64,000 bases of DNA, taken from Eledone cirrhosa (taxonomy: Eukaryota). The notes below the pieces were generated by a model that searched no databases, was not told the DNA's origin, and saw only the letters and a program-made list of their open reading frames with translations. The translations under genes and the position numbers were made by a program. This document shows, piece by piece, positions 27,085 to 40,080 of the stretch. Location of the stretch: the NCBI GenBank assembly GCA_964016885.1, contig OZ024742.1, positions 293,446,001 through 293,510,000 on the forward strand. Direction: 5' to 3'. The first letter of the stretch is position 1. Every line of letters begins with the position of its first letter.

Positions 27085-27512
27085 CTAAAAAATAAAAAAT
27101 AAAAATAAATAAATAAACAAATGAATGAATAAATAAATAAATAAAATGGAATAATATTTTTTCAGCTTAAGCATTTAAACCACTCATACCCAGCCAGAAT
27201 GATCTCATCTCTTTCTGTTCAAACCGGTCGTAACTGGCTGCTCATGCTGATGTTAAGGTATTGCTCTCAAAATAAACAACATCAAAATCTCGTAGGTTTG
27301 ATATTATGTGAGATAATTATGTAAGGTAAACCCTTTACCATAAAAATAACATAAGTATATATCAAGTAATGTAAATTTTAAAGGGTTAAACCATTGGATA
27401 CAAAACCACCTGAAACTGCCACTGGTTCTACAATTAAAAAAAACTGCATATTTTATAGCATTATTTAACTAAAAATCTTCCATTTTAATTTTTATATGAA
27501 AAACTTTGTTAA

Positions 27513-27742
27513 CCCTTTAGTTACCAATCTAGCCAAAGCCGGCTCTGGGTCTGTGAAATAAAACCACTCATTTTAAAGGTTCCCTATTTAAATTAAAATC
27601 TTACAATATAATTTTATATAAGAACCTTACATGAGGTTACTCTCTTAATAATGAAATAATTAATAAATTTAGTAAACCTTGAAATTCTTAATTAGTTAAA
27701 TGAAATAGTGTGTATTTCATTAGAAATTCTGTCATGAAAGGG
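27513..27742. mobile_element. piggyBac-type MITE nested inside a related MITE
   Basis: TTAA at 27509-27512 and 27743-27746; the host MITE sequence resumes after the second TTAA. Confidence 0.8.
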
Positions 27743-29689
27743 TTAAGTTATACTCCTAACCAACTTAATAATAAGAAAGTTAGTTATATAACTACTCATC
27801 CTTTGTAAAATTATTTGAAATTGAATGGTAGTGTCTTTTCCTTAGAATTATGATAATGAATTAGTTAATTCTCTTTATGTCTACAGTTACCTGCAGTATT
27901 TTTAAACATGGTCCATTATATTATCACCATCATTCTTTAACATCCATTTTCCCATGCCTGCATGGCTTCGATGAATCATTACAGACTAAATCAGAACTTA
28001 ATTAGAGTTACTGTCCTCCCAGATGAGCCAGGGGTGGCATATCTCACATATATTTTAGTTTTGGCATAGTTTCTACAGCTGGGTGTTCTTCCTAACAACA
28101 ACCGTTTTACAGAGTGTACTGGGTGCATTTTACTATGGCACCACCATTGAGGTGGGGGCTATTGTGTTCTAGACACAACTAAAAATACCAATCATAAGTT
28201 GGGCATTCAGATGATCAAACAATTAAAACCGCCGCCGCCATCATCATCATCATCATCATCATCTACTTTGTTATCACTAAATAGACTTTTCCTCTTTTAA
28301 TCAATACTCCTGTGTTTCTGACAGGGAAGTTCTACTTAAACTTGGAGATAAAACCAGAAGATCTCCACAGATGTCTTCTTTTTTCATGTTTGTAATGTTG
28401 GTTTTACAGAAATGATAGATGAAATTAATTACTTGTAGATGTATATCACTGGATATGATATATTAGAACCTAACATCTATTGTAGTGTTAGCATTGTTGA
28501 TGATGATGATAATGATGATTGTATTGACATTATCTGCTGTAGCTTAAATTCTTTTGATACCAACCCAGTCGAAACAAGTTCTGCTTCTATGAAATAAAAC
28601 CACCCATTTTAAAGGGTTCCTATTTAAATCAAAATCTTGCAACATAATTTTGAATAAGAACCATACAATGGTAAGATAGTATCCTGGTAATGAAATAATT
28701 AATTCACCATTAATTGATTGAAATAGAGTGTATTTCATTAGAAATAGTGTCCCAAAAGGGTTAGAGTTGTTGATGATATTCATTACATTAGCTGGTATTT
28801 TACTGATTGCAGTCTAGACTAAATAGGTTTTGTTTTAGTATGTTATTTATTTCTTGGTTTATTTTCAGTGCAGTTACAGCTGTATGGCAAAAGCATAGAT
28901 GTCTGGTAAAATGTTTGCTTCACAACTACTCTCAACTCCCAAATAATGGGGGGGGGGGTCTGAAAAATTAATAGAGTGGGGAACGATTATTCAAGACTCC
29001 AGAGTACATAGTTTCAGGTTTAATCCAACTCTGTGGTACTTTTAGCAAGAGTCTTCTACTATAACCTCAATTTGGCTAATGTGCTGTGAATGAAATTAGG
29101 GGGTAGAAATTGTGTGCGTGCATCTTTGTTTTCACATTTACACAGCTTGTCCAGCCAGCAACATCTGTTTATAACCTACATAAACAATAAGTCCAGCAAT
29201 CTCAACTACCTTACTTTAACACTTTCATTACCATATTTCTAATGAAAGACACTGTCCATGATTTTCAAATTATTTTGAATATAATCAAGAATTTGGAGGG
29301 ATTTAGTAATATAACTAACTTTCTCATTATTAAGCTGATGTTTGGAACATAACTTAAAAAAAGGTTCTTACACAAAATTAAGATGGAAGATATTCAGATA
29401 AATATAAACATAAAATAAACAGCTGTGTACCATAGAACCAGAGGTAGTTTCAAGTGGTTTAGTATCAAAGATGTTGAAAAAATATAAGGGTTAGCATCAA
29501 GAAGGGTCCAAATCTATCAAACATTGTCTAAAAATTATCATGTTCAGCTCAAGTCAGTTTTGAAAAGTTGATATAAAAACAATGATGATAATGTTTTTTG
29601 ATATGTTGTTATGTGTGTGTGTTATGTTGTTATGTGTGTGTGTTATGTTGTTATGTATGTGTGTTATGTTGAAGTTTTCTATTTACATA

Positions 29690-29950
29690 AATGGTTCAAA
29701 GGACCCCAGCTCTTTAATAAGCTGCTAACAAATCTGAGAGATCTACATGGTGTATATGTAGATGTTTTCAAGAGACATCTTCACATGCTGCTGACCAAGA
29801 TCCTGAATTAACCCACAGCATGAGATGAAGCACAAATAAGGGCAGCAGCAACAAACTCTCTTTTGCATCGATGGCCAACCAAGGAAAGCTGGCTTTAGAA
29901 TGTGTAGCATTAAAGGCACTGCTCCAGCATAGCCTCAACCTGTTGGCAGG
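29690..29950 (+). mobile_element. CR1/L2-group LINE C-terminal relic
   Basis: KGPQLFNKLLTNLRDLHGVYVDVFKRHL fits the GP.LFN.LP…FK..L pattern. Confidence 0.55.
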
Positions 29951-30602
29951 AACATGCAATAGAGTAAAAGTGATTTTAGTTAACTCAGTTTTAACTATTT
30001 CTTTCATGTATATTTTTATGTTAGTCTTAGATGTTTAATTATTGATTTATTGACAGTATAATCCGTGATATATATGTTACTAATGAACTAACTGACCAAT
30101 GGTCATCCTTCATATTGTTCATGATGTTATGATTGTAGTTTAGTTATTTCCTGTTGTGAACATAGCATGACATCATGATTATCATCGTTTTTACGTCCTT
30201 TTTTCCACACTTGCATGGGTCGCATGAGTCTTTCTCAGCACAGCATCTCTCCACTAACTGTGTTCCTACATCATCTCCTCTGCAAGTCTTAGCGATTTGA
30301 GGTCAGCTCTCACAACTTCTGTCCAGGTCTTTCTTGGTTTTCCTCTACTGCGAGTTCCTTCCACTGGAATTTGTTGGCATTTCTTCACCCAGCAGTCATT
30401 GTCCAAGCGCATCACATGTCCCAGAATGGTTAAAAAGTTCACTTTGGAATCATGAGATTCTGAGTTCGATCCTACTATTACATCTACTTCAAATATTTTT
30501 TACTATAGTCTCAGGATGACAAGCCTCATGAGTGAAACTGGGAAGACAGAAACAGTTTGGAACTTATAAGCAAGATGTGGTTCTCTGACCAATCTAATCT
30601 TG

Positions 30603-31617
30603 GACCATAACAAACTGCCCAACTAGAGACCATAACAAACTGCCCAACTAGAGACCATAACAACTGCCCAACTAGAGACCATAACAACTGCCCAACTAGA
30701 GACCATAACAAACTGCCCAACTAGAGACCATAACAAACTGCCCAACTAGAGACCATAACAAACTGCCCAACTAGAGACCATAACAAACTGCCCAACTAGA
30801 GACCATAACAAACTGCCCAACTAGAGACCATAACAACTGCCCAACTAGAGACCATAACAAACTGCCCAACTAGAGACCATAACAAACTGCCCAACTAGAG
30901 ACCATAACAACTGCCCAACTAGAGACCATAACAAACTGCCCAACTAGAGACCATAACAAACTGCCCAACTAGAGACCATAACAACTGCCCAACTAGAGAC
31001 CATAACAAACTGCCCAACTAGAGACCATGACAAACTGCCCAACTAGAGACCATAACAAACTGCCCAACTAGAGACCATAACAAACTGCCCAACTAGAGAC
31101 CATAACAACTGCCCAACTAGAGACCATAACAACTGCCCAACTAGAGACCATAACAACTGCCCAACTAGAGACCATAACAACTGCCCAACTAGAGACCATA
31201 ACAAACTGCCCAACTAGAGACCATAACAAACTGCCCAACTAGAGACCATAACAAACTGCCCAACTAGAGACCATAACAACTGCCCAACTAGAGACCATAA
31301 CAAACTGCCCAACTAGAGACCATAACAACTGCCCAACTAGAGACCATAACAAACTGCCCAACTAGAGACCATAACAAACTGCCCAACTAGAGACCATAAC
31401 AACTGCCCAACTAGAGACCATAACAAACTGCCCAACTAGAGACCATAACAAACTGCCCAACTAGAGACCATAACAAACTGCCCAACTAGAGACCATAACA
31501 AACTGCCCAACTAGAGACCATAACAAACTGCCCAACTAGAGACCATAACAAACTGCCCAACTAGAGACCATAACAAACTGCCCAACTAGAGACCATAACA
31601 ACTGCCCAACTAGAGAG
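30603..31617. repeat. minisatellite, 25/24-bp unit GACCATAACA(A)ACTGCCCAACTAGA, about 41 copies
   Basis: Head-to-tail repeat with a 1-nt length variant and no spacers. Confidence 0.97.
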
Positions 31618-31649
31618 TGAATGTAAAATGATGATGATTATCACACACA

Positions 31650-31684
<35 letters not shown>

Positions 31685-31876
31685 TTTCTGAATTTGTTTA
31701 GCAAGATTCTTTATCTGATAACGTGTGTTGAAACCGATATTGTTATACTTTGGGAGGGTCATGTTGCCAATAAGAAACACACGCACCAGTTGCTTTCACT
31801 TCAATTTATTATAAATTAAATTTATAAATTTCCGGTTGGTTGGTTGGTTCCACAACCAGACGATTGTTCATATATT

Positions 31877-31919
31877 GTCAAAGGTCTTTCGTCACACATT
31901 CTGTGACCTCTTCAGTGAC
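31877..31919 (-). ncRNA. minimal type I hammerhead
   Basis: gtca-CTGAAGA-g-gtcaca-gaatg-tgtgac-GAAA-gacc-TT-tgac. Confidence 0.65.
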
Positions 31920-32486
31920 TGGGGATTCTTTTCTTTGTTTTTGTGCCTCTCCTTTGTTCTGTCTACGCCATCTTGTTTTTGTGTGTGTTGTGTGCTTAGT
32001 TTGCTCATGTGTTACATCCAGGTGTCTGTGTGTGTTTATATTTGTTTATTTATTTGTTTATTTACATGTTACTGGTTGGTTGTTTGTTCTATGTGTGTGT
32101 GTGTTTTCATTTTGTCCTTAATTGTAAGTTGTGATGTTGCTGTTCCATTCATGTTTTCTATTTAATTTGGGTTGGAGTTCATTTATGTTTATTTAACATA
32201 AATGTTTATAAACATAAATGAACTCCAACCCAAATTAAATAGAAAACATGAATGGAACAGCAACATCACAACTTACAATTAAGGACAAAATGAAAACACA
32301 CACACACATAGAACAAACAACCAACCAGTAACATGTAAATAAACAAATAATTAAACAAATATAAACACACACAGACACCCGGATGTAACACATGCGCAAA
32401 CTAAGCACACAGAACACACAAAAACAAGATGGCGTAGGATAGAACACAGGAGAGGCACAAAAACAAAGAAAAGAAAAGAATCCCCA

Positions 32487-32529
32487 GTCACTGAAGAGGT
32501 CACAGAATGTGTGACGAAAGAACTTTGAC
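32487..32529 (+). ncRNA. minimal type I hammerhead
   Basis: gtca-CTGAAGA-g-gtcaca-gaatg-tgtgac-GAAA-gaac-TT-tgac. Confidence 0.65.
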
Positions 32530-32711
32530 AATATATGAACAATTGTCTGGTTGTGGAACCAACCAACCAACCGGAAATTTATAAATTTAATTTATAATAA
32601 ATTGAAGTGAAAGCAACTGGTGCGTGTGTTTCTTATTGGCAACATGACCCTCCCAAAGTATAACAATATATCTATCTATCTATATTATATATATATAGAG
32701 AGAGAGAGAGG

Positions 32712-32753
<42 letters not shown>

Positions 32754-33318
32754 CTGAATTTAATGTATCCTAAACCATACAGGATACTTATACACACACC
32801 CCAGCCTGTACTTTTCTGTTTACTTCAAAGAAGCCCATTTATTAGGTTATCACAGAACAATCAGTACAATATTATAATCATCATCCCATTCTATTAATAT
32901 GCTTCTTTACCATCATGTTATTCTAGTACAGAATAATACTGTACAGTTCTCAAGTCTTTACTTCCTTGAGTTTGTGTTTACCATTATGCCCAATGCCAGG
33001 CTGGGGTACTGACTGCCTATGTATAAATATCTGTATGTTTGAAGACAGAATCCTTTTGTTGTCAATAATAAACATTAGTTAGGCAGACATGTAGCCAAAC
33101 AATTATAAACATTTATTGATAAGAGTGCCTACAACAATGATGAACAGTAGTGAATCATCATCATTTTATATCTCACTTCCATACTGACATAGGTTGGCTG
33201 GGGTCATCAAAGTTAGAGTCAGTTCTTATTCTCCTAGACAGGTGGGAGGAGAACTAATAACTTGTTTGGATTTTCATTTCTTGCAAGATTTCTACTGCTA
33301 GATGCCTTTGAAATTTAG

Positions 33319-36300
33319 AATATTCAGTATCATGGCCAGCATGTTAAGATATGTCACAACAGACATTAGTCAAGACATATTCCTCAATAGGTGATCCATG
33401 CTTAAAATATTCAGTATTATGACCAAGATGTTAAGATATGTCACAACAGACATTAGTCAAAACATATTCCTCAATAGGTGATCTATGCTTAAAATATTCA
33501 GTATTATGACCAAGATGTTAAGATATGTCACAACAGACATTAGTCAAGACATATTCCTCAATAGGTGATCCATGCTTAAAATATTCAGTCTTATGACCAA
33601 GATGTTAAGATATGTCACAACAGACATTAGTCAAGACATATTCCTCAATAGGTGCTCCATGCTTAAAATATTCAGTCTTATGACCAAGATGTTAAGATAT
33701 GTCACAACAGACATTAGTCAAGACATATTCCTCAATAGGTGATCCATGCTTAAAATATTCAGTCTTATGACCAAGATGTTAAGATATGTCACAACAGACA
33801 TTAGTCAAGACATATTCCTCAATAGGTGATCCATGCTTAAAATATTCAGTATTATGACCAAGATGTTAAGATATGTCACAACAGACATTAGTCAAGACAT
33901 ATTCCTCAATAGGTGATCTATGCTTAAAATATTCAGTATTATGACCAAGATGTTAAGATATGTCACAACAGACATTAGTCAAGACATATTCCTCAATAGG
34001 TGATCCATGCTTAAAATATTCAGTATTATGACCAAGATGTTAAGATATGTCACAACAGACATTAGTCAAGACATATTCCTCAATAAGTGATCCATGCTTA
34101 AAATATTCAGTATTATGACCAAGATGTTAAGATATGTCACAACAGACATTAGTCAAGACATATTCCTCAATAGGTGATCTATGCTTAAAATATTCAGTAT
34201 CATGGCCAGCATGTTAAGATGTGTCACAACAGACATTAGTCAAGACATATTCCTCAATAGGTGATCCATGCTTAAAATATTCAGTATTATGACCAAGATG
34301 TTAAGATATGTCACAACAGACATTAGTCAAGACATATTCCTCAATAGGTGATCTATGCTTAAAATATTCAGTATTATGACCAAGATGTTAAGATATGTCA
34401 CAACAGACATTAGTCAAGACATATTCCTCAATAGGTGATCTATGCTTAAAATATTCAGTCTTATGACCAAGATGTTAAGATATGTCACAACAGACATTAG
34501 TCAAGACATTCCTCAATAGGTGATCCATGCTTAAAATATTCAGGGTTTATGACCAAGATGTTAAGATATGTCACAACAGACATTAGACAAGACATATTCC
34601 TCAATAGGTGATCCATGCTTAAAATATTCAGTATTATGACCAAGATGTTAAGATATGTCACAACAGACATTAGTCAAGACATATTCCTCAATAGGTGATC
34701 TATGCTTAAAATATTCAGTCTTATGACCAAGATGTTAAGATATGTCACAACAGACATTAGTCAAGACATATTCCTCAATAGGTGATCTATGCTTAAAATA
34801 TTCAGTATCATGGCCAGCATGTTAAGATATGTCACAACAGACATTAGTCAAGACATATTCCTCAATAAGTGATCCATGCTTAAAATATTCAGTATTATGA
34901 CCAAGATGTTAAGATATGTCACAACAGACATTAGTCAAGACATATTCCTCAATAAGTGATCCATGCTTAAAATATTCAGTATTATGACCAAGATGTTAAG
35001 ATATGTCACAACAGACATTAGTCAAGACATATTCCTCAGTAGGTGATCTATGCTTAAAATATTCAGTATCATGGCCAGCATGTTAAGATATGTCACAACA
35101 GACATTAGTCAAGACATATTCCTCAATAGGTGATCCATGCTTAAAATATTCAGTCTTATGACCAAGATGTTAAGATATGTTACAACAGACATTAGTCAAG
35201 ACATATTCCTCAATAAGTGATCCATGCTTAAAATATTCAGTATTATGACCAAGATGTTAAGATATGTCACAACAGACATTAGTCAAGACATATTCCTCAA
35301 TAGGTGATCCATGCTTAAAATATTCAGTCTTATGACCAAGATGTTAAGATATGTCACAGACATTAGTCAAGACATATTCCTCAATAGGTGATCCATGCTT
35401 AAAATATTCAGTATTATGACCAAGATGTTAAGATATGTCACAACAGACATTAGTCAAGACATATTCCTCAATAGGTGATCTATGCTTAAAATATTCAGTA
35501 TCATGGCCAGCATGTTAAGATATGTCACAACAGACATTAGTCAAGACATATTCCTCAATAGGTGATCCATGCTTAAAATATTCAGTATTATGACCAAGAT
35601 GTTAAGATATGTCACAACAGACATTAGTCAAGACATATTCCTCAATAGGTGATCTATGCTTAAAATATTCAGTATTATGACCAAGATGTTAAGATATGTC
35701 ACAACAGACATTAGTCAAGACATATTCCTCAATAGGTGATCTATGCTTAAAATATTCAGTCTTATGACCAAGATGTTAAGATATGTCACAACAGACATTA
35801 GTCAAGACATTCCTCAATAGGTGATCCATGCTTAAAATATTCAGGGTTTATGACCAAGATGTTAAGATATGTCACAACAGACATTAGTCAAGACATATTC
35901 CTCAATAGGTGATCCATGCTTAAAATATTCAGTATTATGACCAAGATGTTAAGATATGTCACAACAGACATTAGTCAAGACATATTCCTCAATAGGTGAT
36001 CCATGCTTAAAATATTCAGTCTTATGACCAAGATGTTAAGATATGTCACAGACATTAGTCAAGACATATTCCTCAATAGGTGATCCATGCTTAAAATATT
36101 CAGTATTATGACCAAGATGTTAAGATATGTCACAACAGACATTAGTCAAGACATATTCCTCAATAGGTGATCCATGCTTAAAATATTCAGTATTATGACC
36201 AAGATGTTAAGATATGTCACAACAGACATTAGTCAAGACATATTCCTCAATAGGTGATCCATGCTTAAAATATTCAGTCTTATGACCAAGATGTTAAGAT

Positions 36301-37030
36301 ATGTCACAACAGACATTAGTCAAGACATATTCCTCAATAAGTGATCCATGCTTAAAATATTCAGTATTATGACCAAGATGTTAAGATATGTCACAACAGA
36401 CATTAGTCAAGACATATTCCTCAATAGGTGATCTATGCTTAAAATATTCAGTATCATGGCCAGCATGTTAAGATATGTCACAACAGACATTAGTCAAGAC
36501 ATATTCCTCAATAGGTGATCCATGCTTAAAATATTCAGTATTATGACCAAGATGTTAAGATATGTCACAACAGACATTAGTCAAGACATATTCCTCAATA
36601 GGTGATCTATGCTTAAAATATTCAGTATTATGACCAAGATGTTAAGATATGTCACAACAGACATTAGTCAAGACATATTCCTCAATAGGTGATCTATGCT
36701 TAAAATATTCAGTCTTATGACCAAGATGTTAAGATATGTCACAACAGACATTAGTCAAGACATTCCTCAATAGGTGATCCATGCTTAAAATATTCAGGGT
36801 TTATGACCAAGATGTTAAGATATGTCACAACAGACATTAGTCAAGACATATTCCTCAATAGGTGATCTATGCTTAAAATATTCAGTATTATGACCAAGAT
36901 GTTAAGATATGTCACAACAGACATTAGTCAAGACATATTCCTCAATAGGTGATCTATGCTTAAAATATTCAGTATTATGACCAAGATGTTAAGATATGTC
37001 ACAACAGACATTAGTCAAGACATATTCCTC
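33319..37030. repeat. 87-bp satellite array, about 43 copies
   Basis: Unit TATTCAGTATTATGACCAAGATGTTAAGATATGTCACAACAGACATTAGTCAAGACATATTCCTCAATAGGTGATCCATGCTTAAAA; period 33321->33408. Confidence 0.97.
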
Positions 37031-38954
37031 CAAAGATCCAATTGAAGGCAAAAATATACAATACAATAGTGAGATTGTATTCTATTTTTATAGTGAAGGC
37101 ATGTAGCCTAGTGGTTAGTGTATCATAAGGTTGGTCTATCATAAGGTTGTGTGTGTGATTCCTGTATTGGGCGGCATGTTATGTTTTTAAGCAACACTAC
37201 TTTATTTCTCATTGCTTCTTTTGCCAGGAGTTATGATCTGCAGATAGAATCAACAATGGAAAAACCAATGGAAATATTGTTTCCTTGGTCCAATCTGATA
37301 ATCAGCTCTTTCCCCTTTGTGTCAGGAGTTGTGACTGGCAGAAATATATTAGCAATTGAAAAATCAATGAAAATGGTTTGATCAGAACATTGGCTGTGGT
37401 GAAAGAGATGTATTCCATTTCTGTAAGTGTTACTAATTAGTATTCAAAACACGGATAAGTTTCCATACCATATTAAAAGGTCGCTATTTCATGAAAATAG
37501 ACATCGGTAAATTTATTACAACACTTTTAAACTTGAGAAATAGTAAGAATATATTGCCAAAAATTAAACAATATATTTTGCACTAGAGTGGTCCAATGAA
37601 CATTGAGCTGCATATAAGATTCTTCAAAAATAAAGTATAAGAAAGTATAACACAAAAAGTATCATCCCACCCATGCGAACATGGAAAAAGCCAACATAAA
37701 AATGATAATGATGATGATGATGATCATCATCATCATCACCATTTAATGTCCATTTTTACATGGTTAGACAAATTGTCCCATATGAGACAAGCCTGGTCAG
37801 ATGACTACGTCTTGCTCGTACAGAACTGATTTTGGCTTGGTTTCTACATCTGGATGCTCTTCCTAATGCCAACCACATTTACAGTGTGTACAGTGTACTT
37901 TTTGTCGTGATACCTACACAACCACTTTACAGTGTGGGCTGGGTGCTTTTTGTTGTGGCACCTACACAACCACTTTACAGTGTGGAATGTTAACTTTTTT
38001 CCCCATTTTCAGGGCTACTTTACCCAATTTTATTCAATGATTATTTATAGTGATCTGTATTGTAGTGACTATATTTTCCAATTTTGATTTTCCCAATGTT
38101 TCATATAAGTCAACCGAGTGTGTTTAAAACAAAGACAATGAATATTTGAATACTGATTCCTAAGTTAGACACAGACACATATTTGAGGGGAACTGGTACT
38201 TGTTTCAGGTATTCGAATAACTGAAAGAGTTACCACACTGTAGTAATTCCATTCTCTCTCTCCAACCCCACCCCACCCATACAGATGGTAGTAGTAGTGG
38301 GGGGGGGGGGCTTTATTAGGTCAAACAAACTAAAGATGAAATGTCATCCAAATGTCTTGTGTTGATCAGAAACAAAAAGTATATATACATATATATACAA
38401 TCCTGATAATGTGTTGAATTCATTAAAATATGAAAAAAATACTATCTTGTTTTCATAATCATTCACACAGACAGACAGATATAAAGACTGACAGTTATAC
38501 ATACAACAAGTGTGACTAAAATAAAGTTGACTTTATAACTAACATTCAACATTGTCATGGTGAAAGAGATGTTAATAAAATATGAAACTGTGTTAGTAAA
38601 AGGTCAGAGTTACTAAAATGTTCATTATGAGAGGAAGTCTTCAAACATCTGTTGTTCCATATTATATATTTAACAACTAAAATCTTGCTTTAAACACCCC
38701 CCAACCACCCCTAAAGTTTTGCTTTAACCCTTTTAATATCAAAACACCTGAAACTGTGCTTGATTCTACAATCCAAAACTGTTTGTTTTAAAATGTGTAT
38801 AATTATTTCAAAACTTTCCATTATCATTTATATAAGAAGCTTTTGTTAAATGGTTTCAAACACCAAATTAATATTAAGAAAGTTAGCTAAATATCTCAAT
38901 CCCTCAAAATTCTTGATTATTTTCAAGATTATTTGAAAATCATAGGCATTATCT

Positions 38955-39115
38955 GGGTCGGACGCCATGCTTTCCACCACAGTTACGTCCCTTTACGATC
39001 TGAGTTCAAATCCCGCCGAGGTTGACTTTGCCTTTCATCCTTACGGGGTCGATAAAATAAAGTACCAGTAATGAACTGGGTAATTGCTGGCCTTGTGCCT
39101 AAAAGTAGAAACAAT
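38955..39115 (+). mobile_element. SINE family 1 inside a MITE; inverted partner at 39365-39545
   Basis: Family 1 sequence interrupting the MITE body. Confidence 0.75.
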
Positions 39116-39750
39116 TATCTTTCATTACAAATATAGTATTAAAAGAGTTAAGACAACTCTCCCTGCTAAAGCCTTCAGATTCATCATGGACTCCTTTAGT
39201 TAGCAAATTGGCAGAAATGTTACAGCACCAGAATGCTTTGTGATATTCATTCCAGCTCTCTTTCCTCTGACTTTTAACATAAATGACCATAACTATGCAG
39301 CAAAACATGTTGCCCAATCCACTACTGACACTGACAATCCACTGCCCCAAGCAAACATAAAATAATTGTTTCTACTTTTGGCACAAAGCCAGCAATTACC
39401 CCAGCACATTACTGGTACTGTATTTTATGGACCCCATAAGGATGAAAGGCAAGTTGACCTCGGCGGGGTTTGAACTCAGAACGTAAAGGGCTATATGCTG
39501 GAAAGCATGGTGTCTGACACTCTACCGATTCTGCCAATTTACCACCAAACATAAAATAATGATAAGGATGAAGAAATAGGTTTTAGAAATTGTCAACCTG
39601 TTGGTAGTGAGTTTAATCTCTAAATAAAAATAAAGACAAAGTCAAAATAGATTGGTTTATAATGATATTATTATCTCAGAGACTCTGACACTATGATTAG
39701 ATTTGTATTATTAATGAAACTTACTAATTTTACCTTAATAGCTACTAGTG

Positions 39751-39803
<53 letters not shown>

Positions 39804-39884
39804 TACAGAAAAGAATCAATCTAGAAGATATGAACTTAACTTTAAATATAAAAAAATCAATTAGTAACTAATTTTTTATATTGT

Positions 39885-40080
39885 TTGATACCGAAATATA
39901 TATCACTTGAGATCACTATATATTGCTTAATATCAAAATATATTGCTTGATATCAAAATATATTGCTTGATATCAAAATATATTGTTTGATATTGATATA
40001 CATTATTTGATATCAAAATATATTGTTTGATATTGATATATATTGCTTGATATGAAAATATATCGATTAATATCAATCAA
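39885..40080. repeat. degenerate 20-bp tandem repeat (ATATTGCTTGATATCAAAAT)
   Basis: About 9 imperfect copies. Confidence 0.8.

Larger units (their letters stand above)
31681..32669. mobile_element. ~1-kb fold-back element in (TA)n, probable Penelope-like pLTR remnant (family H2)
   Basis: Arms ~31737-32192 and ~32208-32669 are near-identical; ~55-nt one-sided tail; hammerhead core in both arms. Confidence 0.8.

Noticed and set aside
31836-32570. Two mirror-image hydrophobic ORFs (109 and 111 aa)
   Set aside because: By-product of a T/G-rich inverted repeat; non-ATG starts and no recognisable domain.
30603-37030. CRISPR-like appearance of the 25-bp and 87-bp arrays
   Set aside because: Head-to-tail units with no unique spacers, no cas genes and a eukaryotic context.
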